DNA of 64,000 nucleotides from an uncultured Candidatus Saccharibacteria bacterium (GTDB lineage: Bacteria; Patescibacteriota; UBA1384; XYA2-FULL-43-10; 1-14-0-10-43-13). Below the pieces are notes generated by a model, which searched no databases, was not told where the DNA came from, and worked only from the letters and a program-made list of their open reading frames with translations. The number at the start of each line of letters is the position of its first letter. The stretch's first letter is position 1. Both the position numbers and the translations under genes were made by a program. This document shows, in pieces, positions 47,822 through 57,547 of the stretch. The DNA lies in assembly GCA_964406145.1 (NCBI GenBank), contig CAYOQP010000001.1, positions 7,706 through 71,705 on the forward strand. Direction: 5' to 3'.

Positions 47822-48190
47822 CTATTTTTTGATTCTTAAGGCACGGAGCGCTCTAGAAACGTAATCCTCTGTCCCTTCGTGAGATTTGTCAATTCTTTTC
47901 TTGTGAAATCGACTTAAGTTGCGCTCAAGTGACTTGTAAGCGATGGCAAATGCTCTCATTAGACGATCATCAACTTCTCTGACAAAAATCTTTTCCTTGC
48001 CGAAAGTAGTTGCGAGCTCAACTGCTTGATCCATGCCGCCCTTCTCTGGACTTGTCTCGTCTTTGAAATAAACGTCAATTATCATTGGCTCATCTTTGAG
48101 ATAGCGTTTTAGCTTCATCAACTTTTTCTCAAAAAAAGACTTTTGCTTCGCTGAAATTACAATATTTTTAATGTGAAATTCAATTTTCAT
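47822..48190 (-). CDS. hpf: Ribosome hibernation promoting factor / RaiA family
   Basis: 122 aa. Sigma-54 modulation protein fold sequence. Confidence 0.8.
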   Translation of the reverse strand: MKIEFHIKNIVISAKQKSFFEKKLMKLKRYLKDEPMIIDVYFKDETSPEKGGMDQAVELATTFGKEKIFVREVDDRLMRAFAIAYKSLERNLSRFHKKRIDKSHEGTEDYVSRALRALRIKK

Positions 48191-48300
48191 TTCGCCTCCT
48201 AATTTTATTAATTATTTTCCACGGCATAGAACACAAACCAAGCAGGACTCCCTCAAAATCCCACTTTTCTTAATTTTAGTCTGTCTATACACTATAGAAA

Positions 48301-49557
48301 TTACCTCTTAATTTCCTTAAAACCGGTATATTTTTGCAATACTTTTGGTACGACAATAGAGCCGTCTTTTTGCTGATAATTTTCCAGAATGGCAATAAGT
48401 GGTCGATCAGAAAAGGCTGTGCCGTTAAGAGTATAAACAAAGTCAACCTTGCCACTCTTGGTCTTGTATCTAATATTTAGACGTCTAGACTGGAAATCAG
48501 TACAATTTGAACAGGAATGAGTCTCGCGATAATTATTTTCACCCGGCATCCAAGCCTCAATATCAAATTTTTTGGCCGCTGACGCGCCAAGATCACCAGC
48601 GCAAATATTGATAACCTGATAAGGAATTTTTAGAGCTGTCATCATCTTCTCCTCGAGAGAGACGAGATATTCATGTTCCTTTTCGGCGTCTTCTGGCTTA
48701 ACATACGAAAACATTTCGACTTTGTTAAATTGATGAGCCCTCAATATTCCACGTACATCTTTGCCATGACTTCCAGCTTCACGCCTAAAACAGGTCGAAA
48801 CTGCAACATATCGCAGAGGCAAAGTCTTCTCGTCCAATATCTCATCCATATGGTATCCGGCCAGCGGTTGTTCAGCGGTGCCAGCCAAATAAGAATCGTC
48901 TTGTGAGCGATAAATCTCATCTTCGCCACCAGGAATATAGCCAGCACCTTCCATAATTTTACGACCCAAAAGGATCGGCGGAATCATCGGAATAAAGCCC
49001 TCAGCTATCAAAAAATCAAAGGCAAAACGGAAAAGTGATTGCTCAAGAATGACTAATTCATTCTTCAAATAATAAAAACGTGAACCAGAAATCTTACCAG
49101 CTCGCTCAATATCAATAAGGTCCAGCTTCTGACCAAGATCAACGTGATCAAGCGGTGAAAAATCAAATTTGGTCGGCTTTCCAACTTTGCGATTGACAGT
49201 ATTATCCTTATCCGATTCTCCGTCTATAACACTCTCAAGCGGTGGATTGGGAATATCAATCATTACTTTTCTGTATTCAGAATTGACTTTATCTAGCTCA
49301 GGTTTAATCTGTTTAATTTTTTCGGAATATTCGCTTGCTTCATTGATAGCGTCAATTTTCTGTTGACCATGAAACATAGCAATTTCTTTAGAACGAGTAT
49401 TTAATTCGCTCTGGAAATCTTCAACTTTAGAAATAAGTTCTCTTCTGCGCTCATCTAATTCCAAAAGTTCATCGACAAGTGCCGGCTCAGCACCCTTGCG
49501 GGCAATCGCCTTCTTGATCTCTTCAGGTTTTTCTCTGATTTGTTTAATATCTAGCAT
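48301..49557 (-). CDS. serS: Seryl-tRNA synthetase
   Basis: 418 aa. N-terminal coiled-coil arm and class II motifs, including the FRRE motif-2 region. Confidence 0.95.
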   Translation of the reverse strand: MLDIKQIREKPEEIKKAIARKGAEPALVDELLELDERRRELISKVEDFQSELNTRSKEIAMFHGQQKIDAINEASEYSEKIKQIKPELDKVNSEYRKVMIDIPNPPLESVIDGESDKDNTVNRKVGKPTKFDFSPLDHVDLGQKLDLIDIERAGKISGSRFYYLKNELVILEQSLFRFAFDFLIAEGFIPMIPPILLGRKIMEGAGYIPGGEDEIYRSQDDSYLAGTAEQPLAGYHMDEILDEKTLPLRYVAVSTCFRREAGSHGKDVRGILRAHQFNKVEMFSYVKPEDAEKEHEYLVSLEEKMMTALKIPYQVINICAGDLGASAAKKFDIEAWMPGENNYRETHSCSNCTDFQSRRLNIRYKTKSGKVDFVYTLNGTAFSDRPLIAILENYQQKDGSIVVPKVLQKYTGFKEIKR

Positions 49558-50963
49558 TTTTCTCCTTCGTTCTTTTTGGCAGAGTCAACTGGTTTCATGA
49601 ATGGGAAATATAATATTTCTCTCAATGTCTTGGAATCGGTCAGCACTTTGACAAAACGATCAACTCCAAGGCCCCAGCCGGCTGTAGGTGGCATACCATA
49701 CTCGATCGCTTTCAAGAAATCTTCGTCAAGTCTTTGTGCTTCCTCATCGCCTTTTTCGCGAAGCTTGGCCTGATCGACGAATCTTTCTCTCTGGTCAATC
49801 GGATCATTGAGCTCAGAGAATGCCTTGATAAGCTCAATTCCACCAATTACCAACTGGAATGAATCAACTAATTTTGAATTTTTGCTATTTCTTTTAGCTA
49901 ATGGCAAAAGATCGGCTGGGTGATTTGTCACGAATGTTGGATTAACAAGCTTGGCAACGCCCTTTTTAAAAGCCTCGTCTGATTCTTCACCACCAGTTAG
50001 TTCATGAAAAGTTGTTCTCTCAAATTTTTGAGCAAAATCAATTTTCTTGCAGTCTATTTCGAGAACAAGATCGCCGTTATTAACAGCTCTGACGACAAAA
50101 CGGACAAGATCCTCGGTCAGATTCATTAATTTCTCATAATCAGCATACGCCCAGTAAAATTCCAGATTAGTAAATTCAGGGTTGTGGGTCGCATCGACGC
50201 CTTCATTTCTAAAACATCGCGCAAATTCGAATATTTTTTCGAATCCACCGACAAGCAATCTCTTAAGATATAGCTCTGGAGCAATTCGCAAAAATACTTC
50301 CCTGTCATAGGCATTGTAATGAGTCGAGAAAGGCTTAGCCGAAGCACCGCCCGGAATAGCTTGGAGTACCGGGGTATCGACTTCCATAAAGCCATTTTCT
50401 ACTAAGAAGTCTCGCAGGGCTTTGATTATTTTGGAGCGAGCATAGAATTTCTGCTTAACTTCAGGGTTGACAATAAAATCGACATATCTCTCTCTGTATC
50501 TGGTCTCAACATCTTTAAGTCCATTCCATTTCTCTGGAAGTGGTCTGATCGATTTGGTCAATATTCGGACATCACTTGCCTGGACTGAGAGCTCGCCGGC
50601 ATTTGTGATAAAGATTGTGCCTGATATCTCGATAAAATCACCAACTTCTAGACAGCTGACGACCTCAAAGGCACCTTCTTTTAAAAGATCTGCCTTTAAA
50701 ACTCCCTGAATCTTGCCCGATTCATCAACAATATCAAGAAAAACTAGCTTACCATGTCCTCTTTTGGCAATAGCACGACCGGCAATAGTGACTTCTTCTT
50801 TCGAATCAATCAGAGAATCTTTGTTGGCTAAAACTACTTCAATCAAACGGTCTCTATTTGAAACTGAAGGATATGGATCAATACCCAAATTCTTAAGTTC
50901 GGAGAGCTTAGCGACTCGACTTTCTATTAAATCTTTTTCTGTTGCACCCAAATCATTAGACAT
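49551..50963 (-). CDS. lysS: Lysyl-tRNA synthetase (class II)
   Basis: 470 aa. OB-fold N-domain and class II motifs. Overlaps the serS start by 7 nt. Confidence 0.95.
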   Translation of the reverse strand: MSNDLGATEKDLIESRVAKLSELKNLGIDPYPSVSNRDRLIEVVLANKDSLIDSKEEVTIAGRAIAKRGHGKLVFLDIVDESGKIQGVLKADLLKEGAFEVVSCLEVGDFIEISGTIFITNAGELSVQASDVRILTKSIRPLPEKWNGLKDVETRYRERYVDFIVNPEVKQKFYARSKIIKALRDFLVENGFMEVDTPVLQAIPGGASAKPFSTHYNAYDREVFLRIAPELYLKRLLVGGFEKIFEFARCFRNEGVDATHNPEFTNLEFYWAYADYEKLMNLTEDLVRFVVRAVNNGDLVLEIDCKKIDFAQKFERTTFHELTGGEESDEAFKKGVAKLVNPTFVTNHPADLLPLAKRNSKNSKLVDSFQLVIGGIELIKAFSELNDPIDQRERFVDQAKLREKGDEEAQRLDEDFLKAIEYGMPPTAGWGLGVDRFVKVLTDSKTLREILYFPFMKPVDSAKKNEGEKC

Positions 50964-51049
50964 CTGTATCCTTTTTACACTTTACAACTTTTTTATAGCA
51001 TATTCACAAAGTTAAATCGATACCTCAAAGTCAATTTTGTCGCCCCAAC

Positions 51050-51084
51050 AAAAAAGACCTCCGATTTATCGGGAGGCCTTTTTC
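51050..51084. terminator. Bidirectional-looking terminator hairpin after greA
   Basis: A-run, then GACCTCCGAT-TT-ATCGGGAGGCC (one bulge), then TTTTT. Confidence 0.45.
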
Positions 51085-51099
51085 TATCTTGAGAGAAAA

Positions 51100-51585
51100 T
51101 TATTCAATATTTATAATTTTACACTTAGAGACACCAGCTGGGGTTTTGACTTCGACTGTTTCGCCCTTCTTATGACCAACCAAAGCTGAACCAATCGGCG
51201 AATCAATGGAAATGCGACCATTCAACGGATCAGACTCGTCACTTCCAACGATTTGATATTTCATTTTGTCACCATCATCATCGATCTCAACCGTACAGCC
51301 GACATTGATAGTATCATTCTTACATTCTTTTTTGATAATCTGAGCGCTTCTAATTTTCTGATCAAGCTCCTGCTCTTTGCCCATCAAAAAAGACTGCTCA
51401 TTTTTAGCTTCATGATACTCTGCATTCTCAGAAAGATCGCCCATTTCTCTGGCTTCTTTGATTTTCTGGCTGACTTCTTTTAGCTTAACTTTAATATCGG
51501 CTAATTGAATTTTAAGTTTTGAAAGACCGTCTTCGGTCAAGTAATTACTCATAATTTGGCTCCTTTTGAGAAAAAAAGCGCTCAC
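51100..51585 (-). CDS. greA: Transcription elongation factor GreA
   Basis: 161 aa. GreA coiled-coil and FKBP-like C-domain. The real start is probably at the internal MSNYLTE. Confidence 0.9.
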   Translation of the reverse strand: MSAFFLKRSQIMSNYLTEDGLSKLKIQLADIKVKLKEVSQKIKEAREMGDLSENAEYHEAKNEQSFLMGKEQELDQKIRSAQIIKKECKNDTINVGCTVEIDDDGDKMKYQIVGSDESDPLNGRISIDSPIGSALVGHKKGETVEVKTPAGVSKCKIINIE

Positions 51586-51601
51586 GATTGATACCGTGAA
51601 G

Positions 51602-51640
51602 CGTTATTTCTTTTAATGTTGGCAAATTTTCTCAAAATTA
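51602..51640 (-). terminator. Terminator-like hairpin after pbp2, just upstream of the greA SD
   Basis: On the minus strand: hairpin AACGCTTCACG...CGTGAGCGCTT followed by TTTTTTT, then the AAAGGAG SD of greA. Confidence 0.4.
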
Positions 51641-51724
51641 GCTCTTTTTGTCAATATTTATAGACTTGCAAAAATTGTTTTATCCTTTTCTAGACTTAAC
51701 AATTAAAATAAGTTTTTTCTCCGA

Positions 51725-53659
51725 TTATCTCGTAAAATAATAGTTCAAAATCTCCTTGGCTACCGGTAATGCAATTTCATGGCCACCACCACCTCCGTCA
51801 ACCAGGACTATAACTGCAATCTGAGGATCTTCATATGGGGCAAAACAAGTAAACCAAGCGTGGGTCTTTTGGTTGTTTAGAAATTGTGCCGTTCCTGTTT
51901 TGCCAGCCGATTTTATAGGCAAATCAGAGAGTGTCCTAGCCGAACCTTCAGTTACGGCCATTCTCATGCCCTCAGCCACAGTTTTAATAACATCAGAACT
52001 AATAAAATCTTGTCTTTCGATTCTTGGAGCAAATTCACTAATAACGGCACCGTCTGGTCCAATAATCTTTTTGACTAGTTGCGGCTCATAAAGTTTACCG
52101 CCGCTAGCGATTACTGCTGTCGCTCGAAGCATCTGAAGAGGCGTTACCAAAAGATCGCCCTGGCCAATCGACACATGGTAAGTGTCGCCAATATACCAAG
52201 GCTCGTTCTTGACGGTTTTTTTCCAAGTCGCATCGGGCAAGAGTCCCGTTGCTTCTCCAGGTAAATCAATGCCGGTTTTTTCACCCAAACCGAAAAGCTC
52301 CCAATAATGCTTTATCGCATCAATACCGATTCCCTTTATCTTGTCATAGCCACCTCCGATCGAATAGAAAAAAACATTGTTTGATTCGGCCAATGCCCTC
52401 TCAACGTCGGTGGTTTCATAGCTATGATCCTTCCAATCCGGAAAACCATAATCACCTATCCTGATTTCTGCAGGAGTAACGAAAGAAGTATTTTTTGTAA
52501 TATTACCCTCGGATAGTCCAGCCGAAGCCATAATAATCTTGGAAATCGAACCTGGCGGGTAAACTCCGCCAATAGATCGATTAAACATCGGAAGCGATGC
52601 ATCGCTCATCAGCCCTTGATAATCCTTGTCTGAGATTTTTGTTGTAAACAAATTATTATCATAATCTGGCAAGGAAACCATCGACAAAATTCCACCTGTT
52701 TTTACATCCATGACGATAGCCGCGCCACCAGTCACTTCTGTTCCAGTCATTTCTTTACCAGAGTCAATACCAGCTCTCAGAGCTGCGGCAGCTTTTTCCT
52801 GAAGTCCTAAATCAATATTTAAGACTAAGTCATCTCCAGCAACTGGATCTTTGTTTTCCTTGTCGACCAAAACCTTAGCGATATTTCCCTTGGAATCAAC
52901 CTCAATCTGTTCAACCCCATAGGTTCCTCTCAAAAAACTCTCGTACTCGGCCTCAAGGCCAACCTTGCCAATTCTGTCTGATAGATAATAACTCGGATAT
53001 TTTTTCAAATCTTCGCCCGAAACAATGCCAGAATAACCAATTAGATGACTCAAGCCACTTGTGCCTTTATATTCTCGGATAGATTTTTTGGCAATAAAAA
53101 CTCCAGGCAAACCAGTGATGTTTTCCTCAAGCAAAAGAGCATCATCATGGGATATATCTTCTTTTAACAAAACCTCATCCAAAGATGATAAACCATTTTT
53201 TTCAGCATCCTTTTTGATTTGGTCAACAGAAATTCCAGACAATTCAGAAATTTTTTGGTAGAGCTCTTGTCGATCATTTTTTTTCTTGGGAAGATCAGAA
53301 GGATATATGGCCAAAGCAAATGATGGCTTATTTCTGGCTAGCCACTGACCGTTTGAATCAACTATCAAACCGCGGCTGGCTTCCAGAACTCTAGGACGGA
53401 TTCTGTTGCCTTCAGCCAATTTTTGATTTATATCTCCATGCACAACCTGAACAAAAAATAATCTGTAAACAAGAATCGAGAAAATTAAAATCGAAATCAG
53501 TTTTGGAAGCAGAAAAGATTGCTCCGAGCTCTTGCTTTCTACTTTGCCGATTGACTCATCTGTGACTTCAGAATACGAGAATTCAAGATCATTTTGAGTC
53601 CTGATTGTCCTTTTATTTTTATCTCCTAGCAACTGTGAAAAATTTCCAAATATATCCAT
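51725..53659 (-). CDS. mrdA: Class B penicillin-binding protein (PBP2-type transpeptidase)
   Basis: 644 aa. N-terminal TM. SxxK (GSISK), SxN (ESNN) and KTG (KTGTA) motifs. Follows mreBCD. Confidence 0.85.
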   Translation of the reverse strand: MDIFGNFSQLLGDKNKRTIRTQNDLEFSYSEVTDESIGKVESKSSEQSFLLPKLISILIFSILVYRLFFVQVVHGDINQKLAEGNRIRPRVLEASRGLIVDSNGQWLARNKPSFALAIYPSDLPKKKNDRQELYQKISELSGISVDQIKKDAEKNGLSSLDEVLLKEDISHDDALLLEENITGLPGVFIAKKSIREYKGTSGLSHLIGYSGIVSGEDLKKYPSYYLSDRIGKVGLEAEYESFLRGTYGVEQIEVDSKGNIAKVLVDKENKDPVAGDDLVLNIDLGLQEKAAAALRAGIDSGKEMTGTEVTGGAAIVMDVKTGGILSMVSLPDYDNNLFTTKISDKDYQGLMSDASLPMFNRSIGGVYPPGSISKIIMASAGLSEGNITKNTSFVTPAEIRIGDYGFPDWKDHSYETTDVERALAESNNVFFYSIGGGYDKIKGIGIDAIKHYWELFGLGEKTGIDLPGEATGLLPDATWKKTVKNEPWYIGDTYHVSIGQGDLLVTPLQMLRATAVIASGGKLYEPQLVKKIIGPDGAVISEFAPRIERQDFISSDVIKTVAEGMRMAVTEGSARTLSDLPIKSAGKTGTAQFLNNQKTHAWFTCFAPYEDPQIAVIVLVDGGGGGHEIALPVAKEILNYYFTR

Positions 53660-53661
53660 AT

Positions 53662-54159
53662 TTATAACTTTATCTCAAATTCAGACAGGAAGAATTTTTT
53701 TGCTTTTGTGTAGAATACATTTATGATCGTGCCCATAATAGCATTTATCATTACAAAGTAGCCCACAGCCCTAAAACCAGCAATACTCCACTCGGAAGAC
53801 CAAGCGAGCAGAGAAAATTCGAATAAAAATGCAACGATAATAAAGTAAAGTATCGCCGTTAATGTACTCGGGCTGGGTAGATATTTTTTAATTAAATAAT
53901 TAATTGTAGCTGGGACTAATACAAAATTAAAACCTATAACAAAAAGTGGCACGGAGGAAAAAATTGAAAAGAGAATCACCAGTATCAGGCCGAAGAAAAT
54001 ATAATCATCACTTTTATTCGAAAGCGCCAACATAGTCAGAACTATAAGAGAAGTGATTAAGCTGGCACCGTAAATTTCAATATAACTAAAAAATGTTAAA
54101 TCCATTATAACTAGGACAAGACCAAGAAGAATGAATAATAACAATTTTGATAATTTCAT
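53662..54159 (-). CDS. mreD: Rod shape-determining protein MreD
   Basis: 165 aa polytopic membrane protein. Overlaps the mreC stop (ATGA). Position and size are consistent with MreD. Confidence 0.55.
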   Translation of the reverse strand: MKLSKLLLFILLGLVLVIMDLTFFSYIEIYGASLITSLIVLTMLALSNKSDDYIFFGLILVILFSIFSSVPLFVIGFNFVLVPATINYLIKKYLPSPSTLTAILYFIIVAFLFEFSLLAWSSEWSIAGFRAVGYFVMINAIMGTIINVFYTKAKKFFLSEFEIKL

Positions 54160-54941
54160 TGTTGTATGAAGACTAATTCTAGTTTTGATAAATCAAGTAA
54201 GGGTTCAACACTAATCGTCTTAAATATTCCAGAAGAGGACGATTGAAGCTTGTCGGCCTTTCCGATAAGAATTCCCTCCTTTATTTTACCACCAAGACCA
54301 CTGGTAATCACAAATTCCACCTCTTTATACTCTGTATCCCTTGTAATGTTTTCAATATACAAGCCAGAATTTCCACCTTTTAAAATTCCCTTTGCTCTGC
54401 AATCTTGAAGCATTGCTTGAATAATTGAATCCTTACTCGTAATTAAAACAACTGTGGACGTATTTTTCATTACTTCTCTAACCTGACCAACAAGTGTTCC
54501 ACTCGAAACAACTGCCATCCCGGACTTTAGCCCATCATCAGATCCACGGTCTACAATGACATAATCAAGATATGACATTGGATCACGCTCGATTATCTTG
54601 GCCGGAATTAACGGACCCGTTGATGAATCTTTAGCAAAGCCAAGTTCTTTTTTGAGAATTGTATTTTCATTTTCAAGTTCGCTAATTCTGCTTGTATCAA
54701 CTTGAAGACTCAATATTTTTTCCGATAGCTCGTTATTTTTAGAACGCAAATCACCAATATGTCTTATAAATGAAAGGTTCTCTCTGAGGTTTTTACCCGA
54801 AGAAGATAAATGTGATAACACAGGGCTGAAAAATCCAGACATAAAAGAACGAATGTTGGATCTCGCGCCAGAGAAAACAAACAATATTAAAACGATCGCC
54901 ACCAGTAGTAATATCGAAATTATGTTATTTTTCTTTTTCAT
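54156..54941 (-). CDS. mreC: Rod shape-determining protein MreC
   Basis: 261 aa. N-terminal TM, a coiled-coil, and a C-terminal beta domain with a G..SGLGG.IP.G..IG-like region. Confidence 0.75.
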   Translation of the reverse strand: MKKKNNIISILLLVAIVLILFVFSGARSNIRSFMSGFFSPVLSHLSSSGKNLRENLSFIRHIGDLRSKNNELSEKILSLQVDTSRISELENENTILKKELGFAKDSSTGPLIPAKIIERDPMSYLDYVIVDRGSDDGLKSGMAVVSSGTLVGQVREVMKNTSTVVLITSKDSIIQAMLQDCRAKGILKGGNSGLYIENITRDTEYKEVEFVITSGLGGKIKEGILIGKADKLQSSSSGIFKTISVEPLLDLSKLELVFIQQ

Positions 54942-55994
54942 TTATCGTTTATATTCTCTCGGAAGCAAGACTTCTGAAAGAAGATCAAGATCCTCAAGAA
55001 CCATACCTGTTCCCCTAGCCACAGCTGTTAGGGGATCATCGGCTATATAGACTTGGGTATTAGTCTCAAGAGAAATCAATCTGTCTAACCCTCGAAGAAG
55101 AGCTCCGCCGCCAGAAAGAATTATTCCGCGATCCATAATGTCAGCCAAAAGTTCCGGCGGAGTTTCTTCCATTGTGACTTTAATGCTCTCAATAATTAAG
55201 CTTATTGATTTTTTCATTGCCTCGCGAATTTGAGCATCATTAATAATGATCTCCTTGGGGAGTCCAGTTACAAGATCTCGTCCTCTCATTGGTGCTTCCG
55301 GCTTCTCTCTCATTTCAATGGCCGACCCAATTTTTATCTTAATCTCTTCCGCAGTCCTTTCGCCAAGTAGAAGATTAAACTTATCTCTTGCATATTGAAT
55401 TATGTCTTCATTTAGCTCATCTCCAGCAATGCGCAAAGAACGCGAAGCTACAACACCACCCAGAGAAATAACCGCTACCTCTGTCGTGCCGCCGCCGATA
55501 TCGATGATCATACTGCCAGAAGCATCCTGGATGGGAAGTCGGGCGCCAATCGCTGCAGCGATTGGTTCTTCAATCAGATAGACTTCTCTAGCACCAGCGT
55601 TGATCGCGCCTTCTTCAACAGCCCTTCTTTCCACTTCTGTCACACTATGAGGAATGCCGATAACAACTCTGGGGCGGGGAATAAGTGAAAAATGTTGTTG
55701 ATGAACACGATCAAAGAAATATCGAAGCATTGCTTCTGTAATTTCAAAATCTGATATTACACCATCAACTAACGGCCTGATTGCCACAATATGGCTAGGT
55801 GTCCTGCCAACCATTCTCTTTGCTTCTTCTCCAACAGCTAGAATTTCCTTCGTTTTTTTATTAATTGCCACAACAGAAGGCTCACGAATGACAACGCCCT
55901 TGCCGCGAACATAAACAAGAGTATTCGCAGTACCAAGATCGATTCCAATATCCTGCGAAAAACGACTTAAAATTTTACTAATTGGGCTCTTCAT
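54942..55994 (-). CDS. mreB: Rod shape-determining actin homolog MreB
   Basis: 350 aa. DIGIDLGTANTLVYV, DIGGGTTEVAV and the full MreB architecture. Confidence 0.95.
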   Translation of the reverse strand: MKSPISKILSRFSQDIGIDLGTANTLVYVRGKGVVIREPSVVAINKKTKEILAVGEEAKRMVGRTPSHIVAIRPLVDGVISDFEITEAMLRYFFDRVHQQHFSLIPRPRVVIGIPHSVTEVERRAVEEGAINAGAREVYLIEEPIAAAIGARLPIQDASGSMIIDIGGGTTEVAVISLGGVVASRSLRIAGDELNEDIIQYARDKFNLLLGERTAEEIKIKIGSAIEMREKPEAPMRGRDLVTGLPKEIIINDAQIREAMKKSISLIIESIKVTMEETPPELLADIMDRGIILSGGGALLRGLDRLISLETNTQVYIADDPLTAVARGTGMVLEDLDLLSEVLLPREYKR

Positions 55995-56122
55995 TTCATC
56001 ACAAGAAAAATTTAAATGATTTAGCTGCTACTCGAAAACAAAAACTAGTATTTTGCCAAAAAGCTTAATACTTGATTCACATATGAGTCTATTTCAAAAG
56101 TACGATTCGGTCAAGTCGAGAA

Positions 56123-57100
56123 TCACCAAAGATATTTTGCGGCCAGAGCCTCATGCTCAGCTGATGTTGAGCTTGGATAAATTTTACCGTCTCTACCGTA
56201 GAGGAAATAATAATATTTGCTTGGTGTTGGATTCTTGGCCGCCTCTATGCTCTTCAATCCCGGATTACATATCGGACCAAGAGGGAGCGCGCTTATTTGA
56301 TAGGTATTGTAAGGTGATTTGACGCTAGTATATTCAACCGTTTTGGCCGATTTCCAGAAAGTATAGTCTTTCTGATCGGAGACAGAAATTTTGGCAATCT
56401 CATTACTGTCACGACCATATTCAACTGTTGGATCAGACTGAAGCTTCATCCCTGCTTTTAAACGATTACTGTAAATTCCTGCAATCAGACCGCGATCAGT
56501 ATCATTAGCTGCTTCCCTCTCTACAATAGAAGCAAGAATTAAGTCATTATCAGTAACGCTGAGTCCGCTGATGCGTTTGTTGTAATCATCTAGCATCATC
56601 ACAATGATCTCATCAGCAGTCATGCGAGGATTAAAGAAATAGGTATCAGGGAATAGCTTGCCCTCTTTGTCTTTGGCCCTAGAAACAAATTCCTCATAGC
56701 TGACAATCCCCGCCTCATCAAGCTTTCGAGCAATTTGTTCGACTCTTAGTCCCTCGGGGATAAGAATCTTTGCTACTTTAACTTTGCCAGAATCAAGAAG
56801 ATTTAAGATGTCGCTAATTGACATTTTCGGTGTTAGCTCATAAAAACCTGGGGTAATCTTCTTGCTCAGAATAATCGAGGCATAATAGAAAACTCTGTCA
56901 TCGCTAACAAGGCCAAGTTTTTCCAAATCGCTACCAATTTCTTTGCTGCCCTTGCCGGATTCTATTTCTATAATTGTATTTTTTTCGATTTTTTCATTTG
57001 GCGCGTAAGTCTCTTTTTTCATATCGAAGAAAACAAAGACAACCACAAGCGCAAAAATCAAAACTAAAAAGCCAAAAATATATAGCAATTTAAATTTCAT
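56123..57100 (-). CDS. mltG: Endolytic murein transglycosylase MltG (YceG-like)
   Basis: 325 aa. N-terminal TM, YceG-like domain, conserved catalytic E in LASIVEREA. Confidence 0.85.
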   Translation of the reverse strand: MKFKLLYIFGFLVLIFALVVVFVFFDMKKETYAPNEKIEKNTIIEIESGKGSKEIGSDLEKLGLVSDDRVFYYASIILSKKITPGFYELTPKMSISDILNLLDSGKVKVAKILIPEGLRVEQIARKLDEAGIVSYEEFVSRAKDKEGKLFPDTYFFNPRMTADEIIVMMLDDYNKRISGLSVTDNDLILASIVEREAANDTDRGLIAGIYSNRLKAGMKLQSDPTVEYGRDSNEIAKISVSDQKDYTFWKSAKTVEYTSVKSPYNTYQISALPLGPICNPGLKSIEAAKNPTPSKYYYFLYGRDGKIYPSSTSAEHEALAAKYLW

Positions 57101-57104
57101 CTAT

Positions 57105-57515
57105 TTATCTCTCGCCACGCTTATTAATAAATTGTTCCAATATTAAGACGGCCGCCATTTCATCAGTCTTGCCACTCGCTCGAGAATAATTTTTGCCGCT
57201 TTCTTTTAAAATCTCTGTCGCCAGAACCGAGGTGTATTGCTCTGGCTCAAAATAAATTGGCAGACCAGTCTTTTCAATCAATGCTGCAGCCAATTTTCGA
57301 GCCTTCAGGCTGATCCTGCCCTCTTCGCCTTGAGATCTGATCGGTAGGCCAACAACAATCTTTTCGATCTCTTCTTCATGACAAATTTTAGCTATATCAT
57401 CAACAATCTTTTCCATTTTTTGTTCGCCATCAACCACGCCAGCACCTTTAGGGAAAATTGTCCCAACTGCCAGCCCTATTCTTTTTTCACCATAGTCAAT
57501 CGCTAAAAAAGCCAT
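57105..57515 (-). CDS. ruvX: Holliday junction resolvase-like RuvX/YqgF
   Basis: 136 aa. FLAIDYGEKRIGLAVG N-terminus. Confidence 0.9.
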   Translation of the reverse strand: MAFLAIDYGEKRIGLAVGTIFPKGAGVVDGEQKMEKIVDDIAKICHEEEIEKIVVGLPIRSQGEEGRISLKARKLAAALIEKTGLPIYFEPEQYTSVLATEILKESGKNYSRASGKTDEMAAVLILEQFINKRGER

Positions 57516-57547
57516 AAGAATTTTTGTTAATTATTTTTTGCCAATTA